Below, piece by piece: positions 39,216-48,964 of a stretch of 64,000 nucleotides of DNA. Numbering within the stretch: position 1 is the stretch's first letter; the number at the start of each line of letters is the position of its first letter. Both the position numbers and the translations under genes were made by a program. Origin of the DNA: Thermoproteota archaeon (lineage in GTDB: Archaea > Korarchaeota > Korarchaeia > Korarchaeales > Korarchaeaceae); assembly GCA_027492205.1 (NCBI GenBank), contig JAOZFN010000007.1, positions 283,278 to 347,277 of the forward strand, written 5' to 3'. The notes below the pieces were generated by a model. That model was not told the DNA's origin. It searched no databases and saw only the letters and a program-made list of their open reading frames with translations.

Positions 39216-39428
39216 CGTGCTAGTCTGTTCGGTCTATTTTGTGATTGAGTTGCGCTCTCCGGCGTCTCGCCCCGAGTCTCTCTGCATGAGTCCCTCTATT
39301 CCCCTTGAGGACGCTCGACTCACGTGGGTCTGCGGGTTGGCGGGGGAGTCGGTCAGATGAAGGGCTGGGTGGAAGGGACGCTCGGCTACGTGGGAACTTT
39401 TATTTGTGGGTAGTGGGAAAATCAATCT

Positions 39429-39716
39429 GTGGGAGAAATGGTTGAGATGCTGAGGGTGGACAGGAGGGGGCGTGTGCTCATACCCTCCAGGGTCAGGAGG
39501 GAGCTCGGGATAGGCAGGGCCGTCCTCATGAGAGTCCAGGGAGGCAAGATCGTGCTGGAACCCGTCAAGGATCCGGTGGACGACCTCCGCGAGCTCGTGA
39601 CAAGAGGGCCGGAGAGCGTGGCCTCCGAGCTGAGGGGGCTCAGGAGGGCCGCCGAGGAGGAGGGCCTGGGCGAGGTGAGGAGGAGGTGGGGCGGCGACTC
39701 GTCGAGGCGGACCTGA
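39429..39716 (+). CDS. vapB: AbrB-family antitoxin
   Basis: 'LRVDRRGRVLIPSRVRRELGI'. Confidence 0.9.
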   Translation: MGEMVEMLRVDRRGRVLIPSRVRRELGIGRAVLMRVQGGKIVLEPVKDPVDDLRELVTRGPESVASELRGLRRAAEEEGLGEVRRRWGGDSSRRT

Positions 39717-40108
39717 TACTCTCGGCGATACTGCCGGGGGACCCCCTGGGGGAGGTGTCCAGGGAGGCCCTGTACTCGCTCGGCGGGGCCGCCCTGTCCC
39801 CCTACGCGCTCGTCGAGCTCGACCTGCTGGTCAGGTCCGGGAGGCTGGGGGTCAGGGACGAGGGGGCCTTCTTCTCGGCGCTCGGGAACCTGCTGGGGCT
39901 GGCTGGCCTTCGACCGCTGCCCCCCGAGCCGCGGTACCACGCGAGGGCCGCCGGGCTCAGGTCCGAGTACCCTGAGCTGACGTTCTTCGACAGCCTTCAC
40001 GCCGCCGTGGCCGTGGAGGGGGGTTACAGGATAGTCAGCTACGACCGGGTGTACGACGCCGTAGATGGGTTGGAGAGGGTGGACCCCAGGTCTCTGGCGC
40101 GGGGGTGA
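39686..40108 (+). CDS. vapC: PIN-domain toxin VapC
   Basis: 'LVEADLIL...LTFFDSLHAA...IVSYDRVYD'. Confidence 0.88.
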   Translation: MGRRLVEADLILSAILPGDPLGEVSREALYSLGGAALSPYALVELDLLVRSGRLGVRDEGAFFSALGNLLGLAGLRPLPPEPRYHARAAGLRSEYPELTFFDSLHAAVAVEGGYRIVSYDRVYDAVDGLERVDPRSLARG

Positions 40109-40256
40109 GGGGCCCTCCTCCTCAGGGGCGGTCCGATGGATCCCGGCTTGAAGGACTCAAGAGGGGAGACGTCTCGAAGCCCGCCCCGCCCAGCTGCGGG
40201 GACGGGGAGCGCCCCGATGGACGGTCTCGAATTGGGCGGTCGGCCGTCCTCGTGGA

Positions 40257-41237
40257 TCAGTCGAGGTCCCTGTGCTCGAGGATCAGGAGTGAGAGCAGGA
40301 CGCTCAACACCAGGGTGAGGTGCATCGATAGGAAGGCGGTCTCCGGGCTTGGCCTGAAGCCCACCAGCTCGGCTCCTTGGGGGGAGCGGTTCAGCCAGTG
40401 GGTCAGCGCCAGCCTGGCGTCGTTCTCGAAGTTGAGGTAGAAGAGGCTCTCGGCCACCCTCCTGCCCATTCCGCCGGGGATGATCGTCGGCAGCAGGCTG
40501 GAGCCCATTGCAACGCCGAAGTAGTAGCCTAGAACGCCCAGTATGGGCAGGAAGCTCCTCTTGGTGAAGACCGATATGAGCAGGGTGACCCCGGCAACGA
40601 CCATGCAGTACTCCCACGTGACGAGCACCATCTTGGCCAGGTCGTCCGAGAGCAGCTGGAGGGCCTTGGCAACTCCGGAGGGCGACGGAAAGAAGGCCGC
40701 GGAGAACAGGGCGGCGATGCCGATGTAGGTGACCGCGACCAGGCCAAGGGTCGCGAGGGAGAAGACGAGGAGCTTGGATGCGACGACGACGCTCCTCAGG
40801 GTCGGCTTCGTGGCAATCACGTTGAGGGAGCCTGAGCTCCTACCTCCCGCTATGAACTCGCTCACGACAATCGCGACCACGACCAGGGAGGGGAGGCTGA
40901 GCCAGTAGCCGGAGGCGAGGTCCAGCAGCCCGCCTACGATCCCCCTCTCGAATCCCCTTCCCAGCAGGTCGACGATGTCCGACACGCTCCTGCCGGGGTA
41001 GGTCAGCCTCAGGAGCTCGGCGTTCTGGGGCGCGGCGGGGAGGAGGGAGAGCCCCGCGATGTAGACGACGATCCCCAGGGGTGTCAGCATTATCACCAGG
41101 TAGGCCGCGAACCTCCCGCTGGCGAGGGTGAGCCTGGCCTCCAGCGGGATCAGCCTCGCGAGCTTCACCAGCTCCTCCCTTGCCGAGCAGCCTCTGAACC
41201 TCTCCAAGAAGGGCGAGGTCAACTCAGCTCCCCTCAC
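40257..41237 (-). CDS. ABC transporter permease
   Basis: TM helices; 'IAGGRSSGSLNVIATKPTLRSVVVASK' ABC-2-like motif. Confidence 0.8.
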   Translation of the reverse strand: MRGAELTSPFLERFRGCSAREELVKLARLIPLEARLTLASGRFAAYLVIMLTPLGIVVYIAGLSLLPAAPQNAELLRLTYPGRSVSDIVDLLGRGFERGIVGGLLDLASGYWLSLPSLVVVAIVVSEFIAGGRSSGSLNVIATKPTLRSVVVASKLLVFSLATLGLVAVTYIGIAALFSAAFFPSPSGVAKALQLLSDDLAKMVLVTWEYCMVVAGVTLLISVFTKRSFLPILGVLGYYFGVAMGSSLLPTIIPGGMGRRVAESLFYLNFENDARLALTHWLNRSPQGAELVGFRPSPETAFLSMHLTLVLSVLLSLLILEHRDLD

Positions 41238-42138
41238 CCACGATCCTCACGAAGGCCTCCATCAGCCCGCCTCGTGTCGAGAACCGCCTGAGGACGAGTC
41301 CCTCGTCGAGCACGAACCTAAGTATCTCCCGCTGGACCTCCCTGGCTGCCTCGCGTTCGGGCCGGACGATCAGCCTGCTTCCGATCCTGCTGACCTCGAC
41401 GCCCAGTCTCTTGAGGTGGGCCTCCAGCGCATCCGACCTGTCGACGCTCACCTCGAACGTCGGCGTCTCGCCGGCGAGTTCGTCAACGGGCCCACAGCCC
41501 CTCACCCGGCCCTCGAGCATGATGGCGGCGTGGTCCACTATCAGCTCGGCCTCGCTGAGGACGTGCGTCGACACCAGGGTCGTTATCCCTTCCCCCCTCG
41601 AGAGCTCCCTGATCTTGTTCATCACCTCCAGCCTGCCCATGACGTCTAGGTTCTGCGTGGGCTCGTCGAGTACGACCACGTCGGGGCTTCCCATCAGGGC
41701 CTGGGCCACTCCGAGCCTGCGCTTCATCCCTGCCGAGAGGTTTCCGAACCTCTCGCGCTCCCAATCCTTGAGCCCTATCCACTCGAGCATCCTCGACGCC
41801 TCTTCCCTGGCCTCTTCCCTGCTCATCCCCCACAGCAGGCCCACGTACTCGAGGAAGTCCATCAGCCTCCACCTTCCGTCTATGGAGAAGTCCTCTGGGA
41901 GGTATCCTATGTGTCTCCTGGCCCCTATGCTGCCGGCCGGGTATCCCATCACCGTCACCGACCCCCTGCTCGGCTTTAGGAGCCCCACGATGACCTTTAT
42001 GGTCGTCGACTTCCCCGCCCCGTTTGGGCCGAATAGCCCGAACACGGATCCCCTGGGAACCTCAAAGGTCGCGTCTCTCACGGCGGGGAAGTCACCGTAG
42101 TACTTCGCGAGGCCCTTCACCTCTATTGCGGGCGTCAC
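41224..42138 (-). CDS. ABC transporter ATP-binding protein
   Basis: GPNGAGKS, LSAGM, VVLDEP, STH. Confidence 0.93.
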   Translation of the reverse strand: MTPAIEVKGLAKYYGDFPAVRDATFEVPRGSVFGLFGPNGAGKSTTIKVIVGLLKPSRGSVTVMGYPAGSIGARRHIGYLPEDFSIDGRWRLMDFLEYVGLLWGMSREEAREEASRMLEWIGLKDWERERFGNLSAGMKRRLGVAQALMGSPDVVVLDEPTQNLDVMGRLEVMNKIRELSRGEGITTLVSTHVLSEAELIVDHAAIMLEGRVRGCGPVDELAGETPTFEVSVDRSDALEAHLKRLGVEVSRIGSRLIVRPEREAAREVQREILRFVLDEGLVLRRFSTRGGLMEAFVRIVGEGS

Positions 42139-43430
42139 CTCTGTGACCTCCCTCCAGCACCCCCTCTCCTCGCCAGAAGGACGGTCAGGACCGTCGTCAG
42201 CGCGGGAAATGTGGAGAGGAAGGCGACGTAGTAGGGCCAGTATATGCTAACCTCCCGTCCGATCTCGCTCTTGAGGGAGACCACCCGGGCTCTCGTCGCG
42301 TTTGCCTCGGAGACGATCATCCTGTAGAGGATGCCGCTCACCGAATCATAATACGCCTTGATCCTGACATCCTCGCCTCGGCTGGAGAAGACCGCCGCCC
42401 TCCTGACGGCCCCCAGGAAGAAGTACCTTCCGTCACCGTCGCGTGCGAGCTGGCGCCCTGAGACGTTCAGTTCTTCCACCGAGGGGTCGATCCAGTAGGG
42501 AATTGGCTCTCCACCCTGAATCGCCAGTCCGATCCTGGGGTCCATTCTCAGCGTCTCCATCTCTACCTCGTTCCCCACCTCGAGCCTCCCAACCAGCAGG
42601 TGGTCTTCCTCCCTCCCCTCGAGCCACAGGTATGTCCTGCCGCTGGAGACCGGCCTGAGGGTCCGATTTCCCAGGTCCTCCATTGTGACCTCGTCGAACC
42701 TCATGAGGAAGGGTCCGCACTCGTCGGCTCGCCCGGAGTTCTCCGAGGCTAGTGCGTGGATCGCCAGCGAGGCGATCAGGAGGGCTGAGATCAGGGCGAC
42801 GATCAGGTGAGCCCTCCTCCTCCCCGAGGCGTACCTGATCAGTAAGTAGGAGAGAAGCGGCAGCAGTATCGTGGAGGCCAACGAGAGGATTGTCGATCTC
42901 ACCACCCCTCTCGGCAGGCTCGATTCCCCGGGCAGGACGAGCGTGTATCTGTCCTCGCCCTCGAAGCGCAGGTTTAGCGCTGGTCCCCCGCTCGCGTGGA
43001 CCACCACGCTGAGCGTGGGGGACACCCTGACGAGCTTGCCGCCGGCTCCCGGCTCGCCGAACACGAGTCCCTCCCAGTGGATCAGGCCTGGAGTCGACAG
43101 GTTCTGCTGGAGCTTGTCCCCCTGGAGGGTGGATCCGTTCACCTCCAGCGGGAGCCCGTCGTTCCCCCCAGCCAGCTCGACCAGCGATATCTGGCTCGGA
43201 TCGAATGTGACCTCCAGAAAGAGGAGGGCCATGGAGGGCTCGTAGTCGTCCTCGGAATATTCCAGGGGCGGCTCGACGATCATCCTGACCGTGACGTTTA
43301 CCCCTGCTCCGGAGAAGTTCTGGCTGGAGACAATGGGCTCATATCCGACCCCGGGGTGCGTCGTCGCCTGTATGGCTGTCAGGGCTGTGGCGATGGATAG
43401 TAGAACTAGAACAAATTTGGGAGACGTCAT
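42135..43430 (-). CDS. Membrane/secreted protein coupled to the ABC exporter
   Basis: Signal peptide plus internal and C-terminal TM helices; 4-bp overlap with the ATPase gene. Confidence 0.7.
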   Translation of the reverse strand: MTSPKFVLVLLSIATALTAIQATTHPGVGYEPIVSSQNFSGAGVNVTVRMIVEPPLEYSEDDYEPSMALLFLEVTFDPSQISLVELAGGNDGLPLEVNGSTLQGDKLQQNLSTPGLIHWEGLVFGEPGAGGKLVRVSPTLSVVVHASGGPALNLRFEGEDRYTLVLPGESSLPRGVVRSTILSLASTILLPLLSYLLIRYASGRRRAHLIVALISALLIASLAIHALASENSGRADECGPFLMRFDEVTMEDLGNRTLRPVSSGRTYLWLEGREEDHLLVGRLEVGNEVEMETLRMDPRIGLAIQGGEPIPYWIDPSVEELNVSGRQLARDGDGRYFFLGAVRRAAVFSSRGEDVRIKAYYDSVSGILYRMIVSEANATRARVVSLKSEIGREVSIYWPYYVAFLSTFPALTTVLTVLLARRGGAGGRSQR

Positions 43431-43542
43431 CGGGTTTCTCTACCGCCGAAGGGCCCTAATAAAAGTGGTTCTGGCGGGGAGATCGCTCGAAAGGCGGATT
43501 CTCCTGTAGAGTGCTGTCTCAACGCGCTCATCCGGTGAGGCG

Positions 43543-45675
43543 CTACAGCACTTCGAGGATCTCCGAGTAGAGTGGCTTCAGTCTGGCTCTGGCCTCTACT
43601 TCGTCTAGGTGAGTTCCAGAGGCCGCTGCAAGAGCCCTGAGCACGTCTAGGTCGTATTCAGGCCTTTTCCCCTCGCCCCTCCCCGCCTCTCGGTACTGCT
43701 CGGGCAGGGGGGGCCATGTCGCCTCGGCGTACTTCCGGAACACCGAGTCCAGTCGCTCCACCACCTCGGGGTCGCCGAGGTCGGGCACCCGCATCGCGCG
43801 GAGGTGCCACACGTAGATGTGGCCGAACGCCCCCTCCACCGTCGTGAACATCGCCCTCAACCAGGCGACGGCGAAGGTGCTGTTCAGCCAGGCGCAGAGC
43901 GCCCTCTCCCTCCGGGGGTCCAGCCTGACCATGTGCGCCCTCGAGGAGGCTATTACCCGGGGGCTCCAAGTCGCGACGAGCGGCGTCGAGTCGAACCTCA
44001 CGGCCTCGGGAACCAAGAGACGGCCACCTCTCTCCCTGTAGAACCTCTCGGCGTCTGCAGACTTTGGAGAGATCCTCTGGGCCAGGCGTGGGTCGAACTC
44101 GAGCCTGCCGAACGCCTCCCTGCCGGCGCTGCTCAAGATCATCAGCGCCCCCTCAGGGGAGTGGACGAACCTGGAGGAGAACTCGCGCCCCCTGAACCTC
44201 CTCGGGTTGGTCACCCTGAGGCCGGACGCGTCCGCGAGCCTCGTGAGCCTCGTCCTGAGGCCGGGCAGCCGCCCCCCGGTCATGCGCACGACGAGGCGCT
44301 CCACCATTTGGGGAAGCCCCAGGACGGGCGACAGGTTCCAGACGAACTCCTCCACCAGCCCGCGCCGAACGAGCCGGACCTCCGCCTCGGCGCGGCCGGC
44401 CCTCGTGATCCCCTGAGACCCCCTCCCGACGAGCCTCGCGACCTCGGCCGCGAGCAGGGCGCCCTCCAGGGGGGTCTCGGGCTGCCTCCTGAGGATCACC
44501 ACGGCCGTCGGCGGGGGCGCGCCGCCCGCGGCCCCACCCCCTGCCTCGCCTTCCCCGCCCCCCAGCTTCCTCGCCACCACCAGCACCTCGGAGAGCTGGG
44601 TGGACTGGCTGAGGCTCTCACCGCCTCTGGGCACCACGACGCACTCGAGGTGGTAGCCTGAGACCAGCGCGGCCCTCATCAGGAGGTACGCGGCCCCCTC
44701 GAGCGCCGCCCTGGGGAGGACCAGCGCCACCCTCCCGCCCGGCCTGAGGTGCCTGTCGGCCAGGAAGAAGAAGGGGAGCGCCGCCCCGGCCCTGAGTGGA
44801 TCCACGCTCCCCCTGGTGAAGGTGCGCCCCTCCCCGACGAGTGCCCCGTAGATCCGCCTAACCCCCTCCCTCTCCACGGCGGAGGTCTCGACGTCTCTGA
44901 CCAGGCGGGTGTACTCCGACCAGAGCCTCCGAAATCCCTGGGGGGTGGTCGCGTAGTCGAATATCCTGGGCCTTGATCCCCCCCTCCCCGGGGCGGTGGT
45001 CCGGGAGAACGGGGGGTTCATTATCACGAGGTCGAACCTGGGAACGCGAACCTCAGCGGGGGGGAGATCTCGCCCCTCGAGGCCTCCCCACCAGAGGTCC
45101 AGAGATCCCAGCGAGCCCGACTCGTCCACCGGGAGGTGTCGCAGGACGACCCGTGTGTCGGAGCCCTTCCCCCGCGAGGTCAGGAACTCCCTCGCCGCTC
45201 TCAGGGCGTCCGCAGAGGCGTCAAACCCCCACAGGCACCCGCCCGGTCTGCCCCCGCCGCCCTCTCGACTGGGGTGCGCCTCCCCACCCCGCGCCGGCCC
45301 CTCGCCGGCCAGCCGCGAGAGTGTCTCGAGGGCGGCGTGGGACGCCACCAGGAGCACCCCCTCGCCGCAGGCGAAGTCGCACACCCAGAGGCCCCCGTCG
45401 GGATTCTCCGGGGGCCAGCCGTCTCCTGGGGAGAAGATCGCCAGGAAGGCCAGGAGGTACGCTATCGGCTCCCTCGTGTAGAAGGCCGCGTAGCCCTTCC
45501 TGGCGATCTGGTCTCCCGGGGGTCGGCGCGGGCGGGGACCCCCTCGTTCCCCGGTCGTCCCTCCCCCGGCGGACCCGCGATTCCACCGGCTGGCGAGTTC
45601 CGCCAGCGCGTCTGCTGCCGCGGCGGAGGTTGGATCGCCGGGCGGGGCCTCACCCGGGGCGAGCTCAGGGGACAT
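43543..45675 (-). CDS. Solo N6-adenine DNA methyltransferase with a TRD-like C-terminus (type IIG-derived, no REase domain)
   Basis: Likely start ATG 45675; 'RKGYAAFYT', motif I 'CDFACGEG', motif IV 'IMNPPFS', 'WLNST'. Confidence 0.82.
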   Translation of the reverse strand: MSPELAPGEAPPGDPTSAAAADALAELASRWNRGSAGGGTTGERGGPRPRRPPGDQIARKGYAAFYTREPIAYLLAFLAIFSPGDGWPPENPDGGLWVCDFACGEGVLLVASHAALETLSRLAGEGPARGGEAHPSREGGGGRPGGCLWGFDASADALRAAREFLTSRGKGSDTRVVLRHLPVDESGSLGSLDLWWGGLEGRDLPPAEVRVPRFDLVIMNPPFSRTTAPGRGGSRPRIFDYATTPQGFRRLWSEYTRLVRDVETSAVEREGVRRIYGALVGEGRTFTRGSVDPLRAGAALPFFFLADRHLRPGGRVALVLPRAALEGAAYLLMRAALVSGYHLECVVVPRGGESLSQSTQLSEVLVVARKLGGGEGEAGGGAAGGAPPPTAVVILRRQPETPLEGALLAAEVARLVGRGSQGITRAGRAEAEVRLVRRGLVEEFVWNLSPVLGLPQMVERLVVRMTGGRLPGLRTRLTRLADASGLRVTNPRRFRGREFSSRFVHSPEGALMILSSAGREAFGRLEFDPRLAQRISPKSADAERFYRERGGRLLVPEAVRFDSTPLVATWSPRVIASSRAHMVRLDPRRERALCAWLNSTFAVAWLRAMFTTVEGAFGHIYVWHLRAMRVPDLGDPEVVERLDSVFRKYAEATWPPLPEQYREAGRGEGKRPEYDLDVLRALAAASGTHLDEVEARARLKPLYSEILEVL

Positions 45676-46213
45676 GGTGGACTCCCCCTCTGAGGGGGCG
45701 GCCGACGACCCGCCCCGGGGGACGCCCAGGCGGCGGATGGGTGACCTATGCGGGGCGAGCGGGGAGTTCAATGGGTCCCGCCTGACCCCGCGCGGGGATT
45801 GATAATAGCCTTCTCGGCGGCTGAAGTTCCCGCGGGCGCGAATCCCGGGAGTGGATCTCCTGCTCACTGCCTCAGGGGCTCCTCGATCTCTCGGAAGAAC
45901 CTCCTCTCCCTCCGCCGAAACTCCCACAGCGGGGCGGCGGAGAGCTGCGAGCGAATGACCTGTGGGACCTTCTTTACGTTGAATGATACTACCACATTTG
46001 ACATTTTCCTGTATAACCCATTGAACACAAAAAGCCTTGCTATTTAAGGATCGTGGTGAAAGATCCGACGCCTGCGCGCCCCTCTGGCCGCGCCCGGTCG
46101 CGTCCATCCCGTAGAGGTATATCTCCGTTTTCTTTGCTGTAGATTGCCAAGATTCGGGTCTTGGGGATCGCTTCACACCGCTGACGCCGGGGCCGCGACT
46201 TGCTTTATAACCT

Positions 46214-47083
46214 GTGGGCGGCCCGATTGCCGCATGCTGCAGGGAGGTGATCGCCTTTTCCGGTGGAGGGGAGAGGCACCCGCTGGCGTTCCCCAGGGTG
46301 TTCAAGGCGGGAGGCCGCAGGGTGCTAGAGGTATCGGTCCTCCTCGATAATCGGCCCGGCGCCATGGCCGGGGTCGCCAGCTATTTGGGGGAGAGGGGGG
46401 TGAACATCCTCTCGGGCGTCCACCACCATGTCGCTGAGGGCTGGGAGGACGAGGGGTGGTGGTGCTTCTTCGTGGAGTGCGACGAGGCCGAGGTCGACCG
46501 GGTTCGAGAGTGCCTGAGAGAGCTGGGACAGCTTGAGGGCGTGAGGCGCGTTCAGGTGTCGGAGGCGAACGTGGGGGGCCTGGCGGTGGACAGACACCAC
46601 TCGGTCCAGCTCATGGGCGTCGACAGGGTGGTGACCTTCAGGACTGGGTGGATAGACGGCATATTCCGCGAGATATACAGGAGGTGGGGAGACGACGGCC
46701 GCAGGATGATCTACCTCGAGGGATACTACGGGGGCAGAAAGAGCTATGGTTTCTGGAGGGAGGCGTTCGGCCTGGAGGGCAGAGAACTCGCGGAGGCCGC
46801 CCTGGAGCTGTGGGTCGTGCTGGGCTGGGCCGAGGACGTCCGGGTCGTGGAGTTCGATCGGGCGCGGGGCGAGGCGACCGTGAGGGTGTGGGGGTCCTTT
46901 GAGGCCATCCAGCCGTCAGAAGGCCTGGTCTGCCACTTCCTGCTCGGGGCCGTCTCGGGGTTCCTGTCGGAGATGTTCGGCAAGCCCCTGTTCGGGCAGG
47001 AGACCAAGTGTCAAGCCGCCGGGGACGAGTACTGCGAGTTCGTGATAAGGGAGAAACCGTTCGTATTTGGGAGCGTGTCCTAA
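46214..47083 (+). CDS. ACT-domain + V4R (4-vinyl reductase) sensory protein
   Basis: ACT 'LDNRPGAMAGVASYLGERGVNIL'; V4R 'CHFLLGAVSG...ETKCQAAGDEYCEF'. Confidence 0.85.
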   Translation: MGGPIAACCREVIAFSGGGERHPLAFPRVFKAGGRRVLEVSVLLDNRPGAMAGVASYLGERGVNILSGVHHHVAEGWEDEGWWCFFVECDEAEVDRVRECLRELGQLEGVRRVQVSEANVGGLAVDRHHSVQLMGVDRVVTFRTGWIDGIFREIYRRWGDDGRRMIYLEGYYGGRKSYGFWREAFGLEGRELAEAALELWVVLGWAEDVRVVEFDRARGEATVRVWGSFEAIQPSEGLVCHFLLGAVSGFLSEMFGKPLFGQETKCQAAGDEYCEFVIREKPFVFGSVS

Positions 47084-47299
47084 ACCGAGGGCTGCCGGAC
47101 GATTGCCAGCAGAGATGCTCTAGAGCTTGCTGAGCCGCTCCACAGCCGAAACGAGTTCCGATCGAGATCGCCGCCAGCGGCCGATCCGGTGCCTATGGCA
47201 AGAATCACAAATTTGTCAAAGTTCGCGCGCGAGCCAGTGAGCGGAGGCGCGGCCCCTCCCAGGATCGCCGGCTCTCCCGGGGATCGCCCGGTGGGATCT

Positions 47300-48280
47300 C
47301 GGCGCACCTTTCAGGTCGGGATGGAATCCTCCTCTCGCGCGTGGGGTATCCACAAGGCGGTATCGGCCGTCCGGCACGCTCTCAGGGCCGCTTCCAGCGG
47401 TGAGAGGGTCCTCTATGTCTCGGTCACGCGCGGCCCCCGGCGTATCAGGGAGGCCGCGGAGCGCCTCGGAGTGGGCCTTTGGGAATTTGAGGAGCGCGGA
47501 CTTCTGAGGCTCCTCCGCATCACGCCTGCCGCAAGGCAGGAGGGGGCCCAGCAAGCTCTGCTGGACTTCACAGAGGAGCTGAGGTCCTTCTCACCCGACC
47601 TGTCGTCATAGAAGGGCCGCGCTCTGTTCGCCAACCTGTGCCTCTACACGCTTTTTGGGCCCTTCGGGGAAGGGTTCTACGGTTGGCAGAGGAGGGCGAG
47701 CTCGCCGACGTGGTCATCGCGAACGAAGAAGGACTCGACCTCAACCCGGCTGCCAAGCAGTTCACCGTGGAGATGAGCAACGTGGTCGTCCGACTCGGCT
47801 GGGGGAAGATCGAGAACGTCCGAGTGAGGACCATGAACATCTGAAGCGTTGGACTCGAGGTGGCCAGGCCTTCTCGGGAGTTCGTAATCTCCAAGGAGCT
47901 TGGAGGGGCCCTGGTGCTGGCCATCACCCGCAGCCTGTACGACCTCCCCGGTCGGGGAATCCCATTAGCTTGTGGTGAAGAAGCTGAAGGAACTCCTCGG
48001 AGGCGAGATCCCACGTGGATCCGTGACCGCGATAGTCGGTGGAACCGGCGCGGGCAAGGGGGAGCTGGCCGACATCTCGGCCGAGGTGCGAAACGCGGTG
48101 GGAGGGTCCACGTGCTTAGCTTCGACCTGCCATGGTCCGACGTTGAGGCGCTCCCAAGGGGTCGAAGGGCGCGGTCATGCTGGTGGAGGGGGGTCCAGCC
48201 GTCCGGGGAGTTCGTCAAGAGCGCGGTGCGTCAAGCGACCACGCGCATTGCGAGAGCCTCGGCATCAGCTGGCTGAATCT
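47300..48280 (+). pseudogene. KaiC/RecA-like duplicated ATPase pseudogene (boundaries approximate)
   Basis: Fragments 'GERVLYVSV...FEERGLL' and 'LKELLGGEIPRGSVTAIVGGTGAGKG' in different frames. Confidence 0.7.
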
Positions 48281-48300
48281 CCATCGCGGGATATTGCGAA

Positions 48301-48386
48301 TGAGAACCCCCGAGGGTGGGAGTGCGATCTGGGCCTGGTTGCCCAAGACCAAACCGCATCCGCCTTGCGGGCGGAGTTGCCCTCCC
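48301..48386 (-). ncRNA. Candidate structured ncRNA, copy B (69-nt three-way-junction core 48318-48386)
   Basis: GGGAGGGC...GCACUCCC closing stem and two hairpins; TTTAAATA at 48409-48416; homologous to 51908-51976. Confidence 0.6.
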
Positions 48387-48525
48387 GATATCGATTGGAG
48401 GGCGGGAGTATTTAAAGTAAGGGGGTCAAGCTGCGGAGATAGAACGTAAGAGAAGCCTTTGAATCGCATTCCGGCCTGTCGAGCTCGCTTTAAGTGGAAA
48501 TGGGGTTACCTCCGAGACCTAGCCC

Positions 48526-48909
48526 TCAGCCCCTGGCCTTCACCAGCAGCCAGTTCTCCGACCCTCTCATCCTGATCAGGGCGTACTTGCCCCTCATCCT
48601 CCCTCCCCTGGCCACGAAGGTGATCTTGTCTGGGGTTCTCTCGAGGAGTTCGTACTCGCCCCGATCCCATATCCTGACCTCTCCTGCCCCGTAGTGCCCC
48701 TCGGGAATCACCCCCTCGAAGTCCGCATACTCCAGCGGGTGGTCCTCGGTCTGCACCGCCAGCCTCCTCACTCCCGGCTCCGTCGGGATCCCCTTCGGAA
48801 TGGCCCACGACTTGAGGACGCCGTCCATCTCCAGCCTCAGGTCCCAGTGCAGCCTCCTCGCGTGGTGCTCTTGGACGACGAATATGGGCATGCCCGGTCT
48901 GGTAGCCAA
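48526..48909 (-). CDS. Stand-alone LigD 3'-phosphoesterase domain protein (likely start ATG 48891)
   Basis: 'FVVQEHHARRLHWDLRLEMDGVLKSWAIPKG...RLAVQTEDHPLEYADFEGVIPEGHYGAG'. Confidence 0.93.
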   Translation of the reverse strand: MATRPGMPIFVVQEHHARRLHWDLRLEMDGVLKSWAIPKGIPTEPGVRRLAVQTEDHPLEYADFEGVIPEGHYGAGEVRIWDRGEYELLERTPDKITFVARGGRMRGKYALIRMRGSENWLLVKARG

Positions 48910-48964
48910 CGCCGCGGGCCCTTTTTAGTCACGCTCCTCATTTTCAGAGGAGCTCCCGTCGGAG

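Noticed and set aside
45676-46365. N-terminal 230 aa of the 940-aa ORF
   Set aside because: Non-protein-like composition, and it overlaps the divergent promoter region and the ACT-V4R gene; ATG 45675 is a more plausible start
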